A DNA stretch of 63,137 bases, counting the filler, from Collodictyon triciliatum (lineage: Eukaryota), in the NCBI GenBank assembly GCA_043381765.1. It is 14 parts of 14 records of this genome, joined end to end, with 100 filler letters (N's around TTAATTAATTAA, not from the genome) between each part and the next. Parts side by side here need not be neighbours in the genome. Positions count along the whole stretch, not along the records: positions 9,294 to 13,835 come from JBHJMP010005976.1; positions 13,936 to 18,476 come from JBHJMP010005977.1; positions 18,577 to 23,114 come from JBHJMP010005978.1; positions 23,215 to 27,753 come from JBHJMP010005979.1; 10 more parts are not named here. The stretch is one strand, 5' to 3'. The notes beneath the pieces were generated by a model. The model did not search any database. It was given only the letters and a program-made list of their open reading frames with translations, and was not told the DNA's origin. Of the stretch, positions 12,401 to 26,400 are shown piece after piece. Made by a program: the position numbers and the translations under genes. Numbering within the stretch: position 1 is the stretch's first letter; every line of letters starts with the position of its first letter.

Positions 12401-13661
12401 AGCAATAAGTCGTCGGTTTGTTTCTACATCGAGATCGGCAAAAACGTGAGCTTAGACATCCAGTGATTCATTTATTTTCCTTTTTCTCGTTTAAACATAA
12501 ATATGTGAAAAGAGAGGTTATAAAAGAAACCAAGAGGAAAAGAACGAGAAAGAGAAACAAAAGAAATAATAATGAAAACGAAGAGGGGAATACAGCTTTG
12601 AACGCACCACTTCCTTCAGAACAATTTGCTATCGCTTCTACAGCTGCTTGGTGAATATCTGTGTGAGGAGACCTCAACAAGGCTACCAGGGTAGCCAACG
12701 CGCCACATTCTCTGATTATGGAGCATGCATCAACTAGTTGGTAAATGAGTATGTTTGATAATTGTGGACTGCACAGTCAGCTCATTCATTTATATCTGAA
12801 CATATCGAGTGTTTACCTGATGAGGAGGCACAATCAGCCAATAGTTGAGCTACCTGTGCCTGAATGTTTGGGTTTTTGTGCCATAAAAGAGAGGCCATGT
12901 CGCGGAACGCTACTTGGATTAGCTTTGGAGCCCGAACAAGAACCGAGTCCGGCGTGAGCTCAGGCGAGGCAGGAGAAACGGCCTTCTCTGGCGTTTCCAG
13001 TACAGCAGATGATTCTTCGTTTGCAGAGAGGTTATTGCCCAACGACGGTTCAATTTGGAGGGATGCATATGCTCCGATTGACCCAGCTTTGGGGCTGTTT
13101 GACGAATGTTGCTCGACTAGTCGGCTGTGATGCAGCGATGAAGAACGTGACTGTCTGACGACAGGGCTGGATGGAATGTCGATATGGTTGGATCGAACAT
13201 TGAAGGCGCCATCGTGATTGATGGAGTTATGGAATGATTGCAGGGACTGTGTTGAGCTTCCCTGCACAGAACTCAGACTAGTTGATTTTTCTCGCGTAAA
13301 GATGGGCAAACCGAAGCGGCTGAAGAGCGATTCCTTTGCAGGTTGGTCTAGTGAAAGCAACAAAACGATTAACCTTTTTTTCAGTAGCTTTAAAGCGGTA
13401 CTTTTTTTCCTAGCCTGTTATTTTTTGGATTATCTTTCTCTCTAGTTTTCCAATTGAAGAGGGTATAAAGCAAGTTGGAATTGAGTTTGGCGAGATGAAG
13501 GATTTTGTTTCGATTAAATCACGGGAAAAAGCACCTGTAATACTGCCTGTGGATGCCACTGTTTGCAAGCGGCGAAAGGATTTGTATTGGGAGTCTGTGA
13601 TGTGCTGGGATATATCAAATGAATCGTCCTGGCGCAAAGACAAAAACATTCTCCAAAACAC
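9426..13661 (-). CDS. Armadillo-repeat protein, partial at both ends, with a Ser-rich disordered N-terminal region
   Basis: Spliced exons include VDACSIIRECGALATLVALLRSPHTDIHQAAVEAIANCSEGS, ETNRRLIAASALPYLSRLLSSPNIEIRIGSLRAIASCCRDH, EKNQDILSGLGAVKYLLGMLRDEEYRIIHANVARTLGALCLNN and DPNQVVLCQLGGIDEIMNL; these fit the ARM consensus GxLxxLVxLL...A..AL.NL. No stops from 12733 to 9426. Confidence 0.85.
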
Positions 13662-14050
13662 TACTAAGGGTTTTATATTGAGTATTTATTGACATAATTT
13701 TTTGCTTTTTTTTTGTTCCTTCATGTTTATTATCTTTTTATATTTTCAATTTTTTTGTTTTTTTGTTTTTTGTTTTTTGTTTTTTGTTTTTTGTTTTTTG
13801 TTTTTTGTTTTTTGTTTTTGTTTTTTGTTTTTGTTNNNNNNNNNNNNNNNNNNNNNNNNNNNNNNNNNNNNNNNNNNNNTTAATTAATTAANNNNNNNNN
13901 NNNNNNNNNNNNNNNNNNNNNNNNNNNNNNNNNNNCGTTTATTCTTTTATTCTTTTATTCTTTTATTCTTTTATTCTTTTATTCTTTTATTCTTTTATTC
14001 TTTTATTCTTTTATTCTTTTATTCTTTTATTCTTTTATCATTAACTTTAG

Positions 14051-15138
14051 ATATAAAGCCGGAGAACTTGCTTATCAGCTCCAATTATGTTTTGAAGCTC
14101 TGCGATTTTGGTTTGTTTTACTCCATCCGTCTCTAATTTTTAAAATCGGAAATGAATAAAGCCGTCCGCTTGAAATATGTATACACGTGAAAATTAAAGA
14201 ACCTTACATGGAAAAAATACCGGCTGCAGGGTTTGCAAGAGCTATGCAAAGAATTGGTGCAGAATATACCGAATATGTCGCAACTCGGTGGTACAGAGCT
14301 CCAGAAATACTTCTTGGGTACAATAAAACTTATGTATATATGATTAAAATATGTAGTATTTTCTTTTTATATCCAAAATTGACTTTCTTTCACAATTCAG
14401 TATCAAGTCTTATAACCAAAGTGCTGATATTTGGTCAGTCGCATGTATTTTATGGGAAATGATTGATGGAAAGCCCCTTTTTCCTGGAGAGACCGATGTT
14501 GATCAGTTGTAAGCTTTCAATCATTCATGATATTACATCACTAGCATCGATGCTGGTTGTGCCGTTTTCTTTTTTGTTCTTCAGTTTTTGTTGTAATGGC
14601 TCTTTTTTTTTTTTTTAATTCCCAAATTATACATGCTCTCCATGTGCCTATCGTGTACGTAGGTTCCTGATTCAAAGGCTTGCAGGTCCTCTGATAGGAC
14701 CGCATCTTGATTTATTTTCGAAAAATCCGAAGTTCTATGGATTTCGCTTTTACTCTGAATCCCAAACAGAGAATATTGAAAATAAACAGAAATCAAATAG
14801 TCACGCAGAAGCACTCAGATTCATAAAGGTATAGTAATAGTCACATCCATTTTTTTTATAGTCTTAAAGAGATTATGTGTTGTTGTTATTGTTGTTGTTT
14901 TTCCGTCATGTGTTCGTTTTATTTCGATTACTGTTTCCTGGCTTATAATTCGGTGAATGTTCGTATATTCTGTCAAAAAAAAATTGCTTATTACAGTTCG
15001 TTTTACAAATGGACCCCTCCAAGCGTCCCACAGGAAGGCAGTGCATTTCCAACAGGTTTCTATTGGGTATTTAACACTGGCCATAATTCTGAATTTGAAC
15101 TGTATAAATACTGGTCATGTTCTTTTCATTTTTGGATG

Positions 15139-15231
<93 letters not shown>

Positions 15232-16155
15232 TAGTTGCTTTATGGTTTTGTGCCCACGTCTAATTCAGTTACATTTCAGCTATTTCAGCAAAATTCATCA
15301 ATTTGACCTCAGTAAAATTAAGACACCGTTTTCCCACATTGAAAGGAAACTAAAAACATACAATGAGGTCATCATCTATCTCAAATTACAAATTACCTTG
15401 TTTTGCTTAATTAAATATGTGCTGATTATTTTGAGCAGCAGAAGCCATAGAAGAAACCTCAAAAAATTACAAGATCAATCACTGCAATAATTAGGAAAGC
15501 GAATCAGCTGCATCCGATCCTTTAATGCAACCAAAAGTTCGTCCTTTTATGCGCGGTTCGTCATTCGAGGATGACGATTCGCCCATTTTAAATCCCATCC
15601 GATTTTTAATTCCAATACCAGATTCAAACATATCTGCGCCAATCATTCCTGCAATCCCACGAAAAATGCATATGAATTTTCACAATATGAGTGGGATAAT
15701 TGGACACGAGAACATAGAAGACGTTTCTGCACTTCCCGAAGTGGATGTAGAGCCCAAGTCTGTTCAAGAAACACAAAGACAAAAAGGGAAGCCCGCCATC
15801 ACAAACATCGAACTGCCAATTATCCCTGCACACGAAAAATGTTTCCACCGAGACAGCCTCCGAACTAGGGAAATGAATCACCAAAACTACAATCATAGCC
15901 AAAATTATCCCACTCAATTGCATCGTACTCACCATTCTCGAGATGGAACTCCTGATTCCCAATCAAACGCGAACAACCCGCTAAACGCCGTTGCAGATGA
16001 GAATTCCTCTGAAACCACACACCAGGTGTTTTTTAAGGAAAAAAATTACAATATATGTGCGATTAGTTGGCTTCTCTTTTTCTTTTTTCTTTTTCTCGGA
16101 TATAGTTATCTGATTCATACGTTTGGTTAATCAATTTGCCATCCCGACCTTTTCT

Positions 16156-16239
<84 letters not shown>

Positions 16240-17009
16240 GGGATATTCCAGCGACGAAGCAGTAACTGGACGAGATAGCAAATCAAATTGGAAGGCAGAC
16301 GAGCGAAGCAAGACGAGAAGTAATCGCAGCTCCATATGCTGCCCAGTAATATCCCCAACGATTGCATACTCGCAAGCATCCATTCCAGCACACACGAACA
16401 CGGCTGGCTCTAACTTATCCCATCCGAGCCGATCCCCGTTATCTCTCTACCAAACATACTCACAAGATAGCCCCACGAGGGCGATGCGCGTGAAGCCAGT
16501 TGCACAGCTTCCAAGACACAAGAGCTCCTTTTCACGTGTGTTTCCCGAGTCTGTGCCGAATGAGAGCCTGACCATCGGCGACATTAAGGAGCTTCGGAAT
16601 CACAAGACTCATCAACTCATCCACGGACACCCAACCAACCTGGCCAGTGTGCTGCGCAAAAAAAAGGTAGCCACGCCCTTTCGCAACCAAGTATAGACAA
16701 ACATATCATTCTATTTGCAAGCCTCCGTGCATGTGCTAATGCGGTCTTTGAATTGGACAGCATCCAACCCACGCAGAGCCCTTTGAACCCGTGGGAGGAT
16801 TCCGCCCACTGCCGAGAAACAAGGTCATGTTGAAGGTTGAAGGCTGGTCAGGCTCTAGCCTGGTGCTTTCTGGACTTTCTGCGGCAGGCGTGAGCACACC
16901 CGCCGTGCCTCGGCCATCCTCACGCTCAGACTTTCTGATGGAGCAGCGTCCTGGTTTCCCAAGTGCAGATGAAACGACGAGTTCGGTTGCTCTGCTGGGT
17001 GGCCAGTGA
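14051..17009 (+). CDS. CDKL5: CDKL-family (CDKL5-like) CMGC kinase with long disordered C-tail, 5' partial
   Basis: DIKPENLLI...LKLCDFG|FARAM...[53 protein letters not shown]...[22 protein letters not shown]. Tail exons 15495-16025, 16241-16666 and 16761-17009 (TGA). Orthology within the CDKL family is tentative. Confidence 0.85.
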
Positions 17010-17733
17010 TAGCTCGTGCTCTTAATCACTGGTCAGTGTTTTGGTGGCGCAGAGTCGATGTGATGTGTTGTGGATGCCTTCGTTGCCTTCCTTCGTCAGT
17101 GCTCCCTATTTCTTTCTTCTTTCTCTATTATATTTTGTTGTTGTTTTTCGTTTTCTTGGGGTGGGGTGGTTTGTCTCTTATTTTGTCTACTTGATTGGCC
17201 TATGGTAATTGTAATTGATATGGCTGTATAGTAAGCTTTGTGCTGCGCGTTGTCAAGTTACTCGCAGCCGACACCCACCGATTATTCTTTATACACATAA
17301 TTATGTTCGCTCGTATCTTTGTGTGGAGTATGAATAAAAGAATATGGGTCTCTATATATATTTTTTCTTAATCATATGGGCATCCGGGGTTCTTAATGTA
17401 TAATATGATGCTGAGCTTGACATACCCCAAGATATGTGTGTGTTTGTTCAAAAGTGAGAACAAATCATGCTATGTATGTCGCATTCGAGTCTTGCATTAA
17501 AAATAAATGAAAATTATTGTTTTTCCTTTATTTTCTCATCAACGGTTGTTATATCGGTATGTGTCATCGTTTATGTCATTTACTTAATGAGACGTCACCA
17601 GTGCTCTGGTAAAAAGAGAATGTCCCACGGAGTGAAAACCTAAAATGCTCACGAAAGATTTTCTTATGCTTTTGTTTCGATGCTCCTTCATGTCAAAGTC
17701 TGAACTGGGACGGGAATTGTAACTGATATTATA

Positions 17734-18269
17734 TCAAGCTTCATTATTTCCAAGACGATCCAACATGGACTGTTGCTCGCGAGATATCTTTTCCAGGTAT
17801 TCGTATTGTGCAACAAGTCTGTCATAAATATCGATTTTGTGAGATATGGTTTGTGTTAATATGAATCCGATCGAAAATACTGAAGCCATCGGACAATAGA
17901 ACACAGAGATCAAATGAAGAAGGTGAAGAGAGAAGAATGAATAAATAAAATAAAAATAGAAACGCACCTGTCGAGGTAAACCTGCTTCTCATACATTTGA
18001 GCCTTTAGTTCCTCCTCCTTCCTTTTCCTCATCTCAACTTCGGTCTCCACTCGGATGCGCTGTCCTATGGCCTGTCATTGCGATATATAAATCATTCATC
18101 GAAACAAACCATACACACTTTGCAGTAGAAGATGTTTTCACAGAGACCAGTCAGCAGATACATTTTAAAAAGAATAAACATACCCGGAGCTTCATCTTTT
18201 CTATTGCTTGTGCTTGTTGGTCCACTGTGGAAACGAATTGCTTCACCAATTCATTGAAGTGCTGGATCG
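17734..18269 (-). CDS. IFT20: Intraflagellar transport protein 20 (IFT-B), last three exons
   Basis: IQHFNELVKQFVSTVDQQAQAIEKMKLR|AIGQRIRVETEVEMRKRKEEELKAQMYEKQVYLDR|LVAQYEYLEKISREQQSMLDRLGNNEA* fits the IFT20 pattern (E.KL[KR]AIG.R...EK...L[DE]RL..[EQ]Y..L.K...EQ). Confidence 0.85.
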
Positions 18270-21200
18270 CTACATGAGGAATAATCCACATGAAGGAAAA
18301 TGCTTTCAAAATAGACAGCACACGATGTTTGTATCAACACACTTCATTGTTGGTTAAGGTTTTTGTTTTGGTGCTTCTTATTTTCTTTTTCTTTTTCTTT
18401 TTCTTTTTCTTTTTCTTTTTCTTTTTCTTTTTCTTTTTCTTTTTCTTTTTCTTTTTCTTTTTCTTTTTCTTTTTCTNNNNNNNNNNNNNNNNNNNNNNNN
18501 NNNNNNNNNNNNNNNNNNNNTTAATTAATTAANNNNNNNNNNNNNNNNNNNNNNNNNNNNNNNNNNNNNNNNNNNNTGTTGTGCAAATGGATGCTCTGCA
18601 GGAAGACGAGGTGCTCAAAGCAACAGAAGAGTACTTTAAGATCCGAAATAAAGAATTGTCCTCTGAATATGCAGAACCTATTCAACAGCGCTCTCCTGCC
18701 ACTTGTAAACTGTATAGCACAGGAAAGCTAAGGGAAAGCCATTTTGCATAAATATCGCTGTCAAAAACAAGTGTGCGGAAAAGTTCGAAAGAAAGTAGAG
18801 CGGAGCGGAACATACGCCAGACTTGAAAAGAGAGACATAGGTCAAACGATAAATTACCCGAACCCCAGAAGAACTGACAAAAAGTAAGAGTTATTTTTTT
18901 TGGTTTTAGTTCATTCATCCCAAGGGACTGTTTCATATGATTAGATGCCATGGGTAATATTGTGTGCGATATGTTAGAAGAAAAAGGGCGAAAGCACAAT
19001 GAGGTGGAGAGATAGCGTTGTTGGGGGTGAACGGCGGGGTGCTTGGACCTCTTGTAAACACGTTATGAACTTGAAAGGCCACCTGATAGTAAAATAAAGC
19101 TGATTCATCTTTCGAGCCAAGTCAAGCTATTTTAGCTACAGTGCGCTATGGATAGCGTATCACAAGGGGTGTATGCAATCATATGTGTTGGTAAGTTGTA
19201 TTTTGGTTCTATAGATTCAAGGATAACTGAGAATGCACCCCAGCACAGGAATTTTTATAGTAAACAGTCCATCTCATTAAAGACAGCGTTGAAATAATAC
19301 CAAAGAACTAGCCGATTCCACTTCGTTATCAATAAATTCCACATTTATCGAAAAGCAGCTTGCCGTGTGATGGCTCTCCATCCCTTCCAAACAACCAGCA
19401 GAGGAAAATGAACTGCTGAGCAAGCGAAGAGCAGAAAGAACAGCACCCAATCCGCTCATGCGAGAGGAAAGACCACAAACAGAGCATAAAAACTGCTGCT
19501 TGAGGCGTTGGCTTTGCGCCGGTTGTCGGTTGTTTTGAAGAAGGATTTTCTTCCTTTATTCATTTCATAGTGTAGCGAGGTTATGCCATAGAAAGGGGCG
19601 GGCTGGAAGCGCATGGGAGAGAGCAAACGCGAGTAAGAGAAGACACTACCGTGGAGAGGCTAGCACTGGAAAGAAATCAGTGATAGCGAGTTGGTCAGGT
19701 GGGCGACCCAACTGGTTGATTGGCTGCGTGGGTAGCAGGGGTTGGGTGTGCTGTGGGAGATATCGCACGACACATTCCCACATCTCTCTTCGCTTGCGGT
19801 CAGAGTAGCGAGCGAAGGATGCGGGCGTGTTTCAGAAGGATTTTTGTTAAAAAATGGCCTAAAAGCGGAAAAAAGTACTCCTTTGCGGCGGCAAAAGGAA
19901 AAAAAAAGATTGAGGGCGCGAGAATTAGGGCACCAAGCCAGCCATATTTTCATGACTGGGTGTCTGATGCTTCCTTTTACCATCTTTCTCGCTGCTGTTG
20001 CGCACAACCATACCTCCTGCCGAGCCAGCTTTGTGCTAACTCCAAATTTATCATGCCATGGCAAATCTGTACGGGCTCATAGTTGCCTGACCAACCAAAG
20101 GGCTTCTTTCAGCTCTAAAACATTCCAAGAAAATGTCAATTTGGGGGTAATGGAAGGGCGGGTTTATATATTTTCCATATTTTTGAATTTGAAGAGAAAA
20201 CATTTATTCAATGAAAAAAACTTTAAAGGGTAAATCATACTGAATTCTCTATGAAAACGCACCCTTTCTCTCAAGTTCTAAATATATAGCGAGCGATTTT
20301 TTCAAAAAATCAATGGGAGGAAAACTGAATCAAAAGAAATACATTATCAAGTTCATTTGCTCCCATACATCCTGAGACGCTATTCCTATTACCCACTAGA
20401 CCATTTTTTTCTATTCACATCCCTCATATATAAGACGAACCCACAGCAAATGAGCGATTTTGTTGTGCGCAAATCAAAAGTCCTCACCGACGGAGGAACG
20501 GCGCTGCGACAACACTAGAGCACCAGTCACTGCCCACAAGCCAGAAAGCCTTCGAAGGCGCGACCAGGCCGGTAGAATATTGCGTTGGTAAGCTTGCCAG
20601 GATATATGGCTTCATTCAGCTCCTGCACATACCCCTGGAAGACATAATATACTGCTTCTATTTTATGGGCTTAGTTCGTTTATTCTCATCCAATAGATTC
20701 CTGTGTGCCCAAGTTTCGTTTGGACAAGAAAGTCTACAACAAAGACGCCTCAATTCTGAGATATTGTCGCCAATAACCATCATGAGCCCTTTGTTGGCAT
20801 TCTTTGTGCTGTTCAACGAGCCTCTTCTTCCTCATCTTAATATACTTACCACTAACATACACGAGTAATCCCATATAAGGAGATATATACTGAGTATAAT
20901 ATGACCTACCCAGGAACTTTAGGGAGTGCAGATGAACGGCGCATGAGTCGAGAAAGGCATCAGGCACCAATGCAACCCTGCTGCAACTCCCCCGACACTT
21001 CACTGCAATGATTCCCGGGGCTACTGGGAGGGCTTTCAATTCATTGTTAGGATGGTCATGTTATTTTATTATTTTACTTGTGTCCTTTCCTTTTTTACTT
21101 TTCCATTTTTCCATTTCCTCTTTTTCCATTTTCCATCTCCATTTCCTTTTCTTTCCAATTTCCTTTTTCTTATACCATTGCCCACAACACATTTTTTTGG

Positions 21201-21526
21201 GTTTAAAATTAAATCAACTAGTAGGTGAAGCGAGGTTTGGACGTTTTAAGCGAGGAGACCTTATTTTACCCTTGGACTCACCCTTGGTAGCTCGCTATTA
21301 GCACCTACCCAACGTGACTGTTAGAAAAGAGCGCGTTTCATTTTCGGACTGAGGGACCCACCTCGGGCTAATCCATGGACGCCAGAAACCCAGATGGTAG
21401 AGTCATACGAAGCACACAGATGCATTACTCGTACCATAATTCCTTATGAATCATGTTGAATTTTCAATCTAGATGAATATGAGCATATTTTCCTCAATTT
21501 TACGACTCTATTTAGTATACAAAACT

Positions 21527-21796
21527 CTACTCATTATTCATAGGAAAACACGACTCGCATATCCAGAGACCAGCGGGAGACTTATCACTACAATTATCAC
21601 TGTGATTTTTATTTAGCACATTTTTGGCATCTAATAATCTTCCACTTTGATACATTGGATATGTTTGCAACGTGAACAGTGGCTTGATATTTCTCACGCT
21701 GGTTGAACAAGTTATGTAGCATAGTAACGGCGTTTGACTGGATTGTTTATTTACACACCGTCGCAACATGTGACATTTTTGTTGTGTAAGCTCCAT
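21527..21796 (-). pseudogene. Frameshifted Cys/His-rich (PHD-finger-like) remnant
   Basis: Across frames: HCSRCK...; IRCQKC; HSDNCSDKSPAGLWICESC. Resembles C4-H-C3 fingers ending W.C..C; no continuous ORF. Confidence 0.35.
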
Positions 21797-23213
21797 ACAT
21801 TTATATCATAGAACTACAATGCCATTCCATAATGCAGTCTCACGGCATATACCTTCAGTGGGCACTCATACATGAGTTGTGTGGAGACACCCATAGCTCC
21901 CTTACCCTTTTTTTTTCTGCGGGACTTAATCGCTGTGTTGTAATCCTTCACTTTTTCCCTCACATACATTCTGTGCGGCGCTACTCAGCTGTACTTGAAT
22001 TATTTCTGGTGATACCATGAAGATTTTTGATTCTCTTTTTCATCCAGAAATGCATACGACTATTTGTATTTCTCTTTGGCGACTTTCGTTCGGTGGCAAA
22101 TGCATGAATTCTTTTAATAGCGCTTTTTTTTGTTTGTCTATCTGAGACGTTTCAATTGTTTCATTTCCGCCTGTGATATTACCAAATACTATTATTCGTT
22201 GAATAGTCCTCGGTTTATTACTCAACCTCAACTCCTATAATCCTCTCATTTACTAAGACACACACTACGAGTGTGCCACCACACACTGGTGATGGAAAAA
22301 AAAATGAAAAAAAAAGGAGTAATGGGGCGTGTTTGATAACCCTCAAAACGACATTAACCGTATCGTCCATTATGTCCCTGATGGAGGTGAGCTTTTTGCG
22401 CAAACCACTTGTAATGCTGAGTTTGATTCCACTTTGGATTTACACAAAAACCACACGGATGGTAACCAAGCCCAACTCAGGTGTGACAAGCGTGAGAAAT
22501 GCACACAATCCCCATTTCATGTATTGACGAAGAGATAGTGGTCTACTAGCACATCTGCACGCGACCGTTGAAATGATTGGCGGGGTTGCAGCAAGAGGGA
22601 CTCTACCCGGCTAGCTGCGTGTTGCGCCTTGTGGACGGTTGCCCTGAGACAATGACGCACGCCACACGCATGCGTCTTCTGGAGCAGCAGTGTGAAGTCC
22701 ACCGTACCCGGGAGTGAACCACGGAGGGTGTTGTACTGCTGATGTCCGTCCTGTCGAGCGGCCTGCACCTTACCCACCCCCGAAGGCAAGCAATATATTT
22801 TTTTTGGGCGGTTTTTTTTTTACACCTAGATGGCCACCCTCCCAATCCTTTAACTAAGTACCACACCCGCACCGTCACCGCCATTGACTTCCTGCCCGCC
22901 GGCTGCATGCGCAATCCCATCGTGTCTGCCTGCCATCTCAACTTGGCTGCCCTGCGCGCTCGCTCCACAAAGTCCCATGGCCTGTCTATATACAAAGCCC
23001 TCGTCTCCTTCTATTGTGACGATGTGCAATTTTGTCCCCGTTCTCTCCCCATTCATCTGTTCATCCTCCCAGTAGGACACCCCACCCACCCCAACCTCAC
23101 ATGCTAGCCTCGTTNNNNNNNNNNNNNNNNNNNNNNNNNNNNNNNNNNNNNNNNNNNNTTAATTAATTAANNNNNNNNNNNNNNNNNNNNNNNNNNNNNN
23201 NNNNNNNNNNNNN

Positions 23214-23450
23214 NCATCTGGACGCAGCTGTTGCAGAGGCCCAAATATCGCCTGGATTGGGCCAACAGCCGCAGCCGTCTTGAGTGTCAGTCGAAGAATC
23301 TCACCGGCTGTTTTGCGCAGGTTTTGAGCGAACGGACATTGCACAAATGTGTGCTCAATGGATTTATCACTGTTGCTGCTCATATGCATTGTCGGGAGAC
23401 ATTGCCAGCTTTTGCCGCGCGTGTGCCTATCCATAGCTCCCTATTGATGA
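23214..23450 (-). mobile_element. 5'-truncated non-LTR retrotransposon copy (zinc-knuckle region), running into the gap
   Basis: Close reverse-complement match to ~27900-28136: ELWIGTRAAKAG...SIEHTFVQCPFAQNLRKTAGEILRLTLK, with a frameshift in the CxxC part. Confidence 0.85.
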
Positions 23451-26400
23451 GATGACATAAAGCAGCCGAAAACATTACCAAAGCAAAATAAATACAAACC
23501 AAACCAGAACATAAAAAATATAAAAAAAGCAAATGATTCACTCTGTGTGATATCGACCATATAATATTTTGTTTTCTCTTATGACTGCGGCATGTGAAAA
23601 AAGAGTGAACGAGCATGGGTCGTATGTTTTGCCATCCCGCCTAGTAGTGTATATCCAAAACAACAATATGTCTTTTGGTGTATGTCCAGTGATAGGTAGC
23701 ATTCAGTGGCGTCCATTCAGTCGTGTGCTCCATCAAGACAGCTTGAACACAGTTCTGGTATATTCATAAATCTAAAGCTTCTGGAAACACATACCATTTT
23801 TTTTTTTACTTTCTACTTTTTTGTATCATAAATCTTTGTGTGCAAAGCGACTGGGCAAATAAAAATAAAGCAAAAATAAGAATATTTGACTCTGCCTTTG
23901 CTTTGCAATCCCCAAAAAACACGTCTGATATGCTTCGCTTCTTCGCTAATCACTTGTATTTCTTTTTTACTCTTGTTTTTAGGTCATAGAGCTCATATTT
24001 GTTTGACGCTATAATCCGCCCATTTGTCTACCAATATATATTAATGCGCGATTTTATTTGATGTTTTTCTACAGTGTTATATCGAGAAAGTAAATCCATA
24101 GAAAACGTTTTTACCTGCGGGCATAAATTTACACAGGCTAATTTTGAAGGATTTTTTTAGTTTTTTTCTTGATTAATGCAGATGTTGAAGTTTATAATGA
24201 TGAATAGGTTAATAACTAAATATTGTTTCAATATGTATAGACACAGTCACATGAAAATTTTTAATAGGAAGCCAACTTATATGACTTTTGGAGGGTGCTT
24301 ACTGTATGGATAGGTTGGTTTCTTTGTATCGAGGATTTTATAGATGTATAACCTGATTTACCTTTTTAATACCCATTCGGACTTGAATACCGTATATAAG
24401 CATCATGTTACAACCAACATATCGATATACTTTTTCATGACTAAAATTAATCAAATACAATCAAAAATTAAAAAATTATCGGAATAAATCAATTTTAACA
24501 TGATATTGCCAATACTGTCAGTAACTCTTTTGTAATTATGAAATAAATATTTGATTGGTTTCATTAGCATGCTTACGATAAAGAATGCAAACAGTGCAAG
24601 ACTATCTTACATCTATGAGATATTAGTTGTAAATTGATCATTCAGGTTATGGAGCAAGATTAATACATAATGAAACAAATAAACACAGCATACAATTTTA
24701 ATATATTCATACAAAATATTTTTGATTATATGCCATGGCTAGTGCATTGTTGGCTTTGTATATGTAATCATTGTACGTTGAATAATCAAAATACAGTCCC
24801 TATAAGACTGCAATATCGATACTGTTGTTCACTTAAAAATTATTAATAAATCAATACTCCATGATGCACGGTAGCTGTGACGTCGACCATGAAGTCCAGA
24901 CCACGGCGTAAAGGCTTGACTTTGTAAATTATTATTTTCTCTCTTTTTAAATTTGTGTAACCCTCGATTGTTTGACCTGACATAGTAATGTATTTTTTAG
25001 ATGCATTAAAAAAATAATACACATAATCGATACGATTATTTTGATACCAGAAAACTAATATAAATCAGCAAAAGAACGTTGGTAGTTATGAGACCCTGAA
25101 GAGAAACCAAGCCGACATAAAAACCCGAGAGAGCTGTGTTACTGTCATATGATATTTCTTGGGACGCTAATCTTACAAATAAATCGAAGAAATCAAAAGC
25201 ATATGAAACCCATCTCATAAAGTACAAGCGTATAAATAAAAAATAGAATGATAAAACTTTAGATATAGTTATCCAAACAAATAACAACTGTAAACAAAAC
25301 AAATAAAAAAATGGGAATCCACCAAAACATCATCGCAAATGAAATACCTTGCACACGACAAAAAACCATAAACAAATTAATCCTTAAACTTCCAGATATT
25401 TTTCTGGTATAATTGCTAATAATTGTAAGATTGCACCAACCACAACATAACCAAATATAAGAAAAATCCCTGTGTTTTTGTTTTACCTTTCAATCACTTG
25501 CTCAACCGCACCATTTATTGTTGTTATATATCATAGTCTTTACTTAAATGACACTTGCGTTGAAGAATATAATAACCGTCTGACATACACAGGTTATGAA
25601 ACTCCTTGAAATCGTTTTTAAGGTAACTGATTTGTGAGTATTTTTATCGACCCGACAATTTTTTTAGCCCTTCTTTCAGTCTCGAACACAATTTGAACCC
25701 GCGTTGGATTTTTTTTATTAACAACAGAATAAGATGTTGGCGCCGTGCCTACAACTTTTTTCCATGCTGGATTTAACTCACTTCAGGAAGAAAAGTCTGT
25801 GTGTAAAAACACTTTGCTATCTTCCTATTTCACCACCCAGTTTATCTTTTCTTACATTCCTATTCATATCTTTCTATCTATCTTTTACTTTTTACGAACA
25901 AAAAATCCAACTACATAAAGTTCAAGTTTTCCACTGTCTCATCCGTATCTCATGTTTGTCCTAGAGGCGAAGGCAGCACCTCGACTTTGTTTTCTATTAG
26001 TGACTAGTTGAAATAATATCAAGAAAAATAAAAAACTGCTACCTTGAATCAATTGAAAGCAACATAACTTATATATAAAAAACCATCGTCATCTAAATTA
26101 TTGTATCTATTATAGAAGATGTTTGGCAAATTATAAAAAACCTTCAACGCATCACCACAAGCTTATAGATTTGATTGCACATTTGTAAGGAATATATTGA
26201 AAAAACTTGCTAGTTTTTTCGCTGTAATACCCTAAAAAAATTGTGTTTCTAAGGGAGCAGAGAGCAATTACTGATGTTTGCAATATTGCCGCCTTGCTTG
26301 AGTGTGTATTTCTGTTTCTTAAAAACATAGAATCTGAAACTGTTCCTTTCAATGCCTTTCTTATTCGAACATTTGTTTTTAAAAAACTATTCTTTAAATT

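Noticed and set aside
21221-21308. Short inverted repeat (GTAGGTG...CACCTAC) suggesting a structured RNA
   Set aside because: The stem is short and imperfect, and no tRNA, snRNA or snoRNA motif was recognised.
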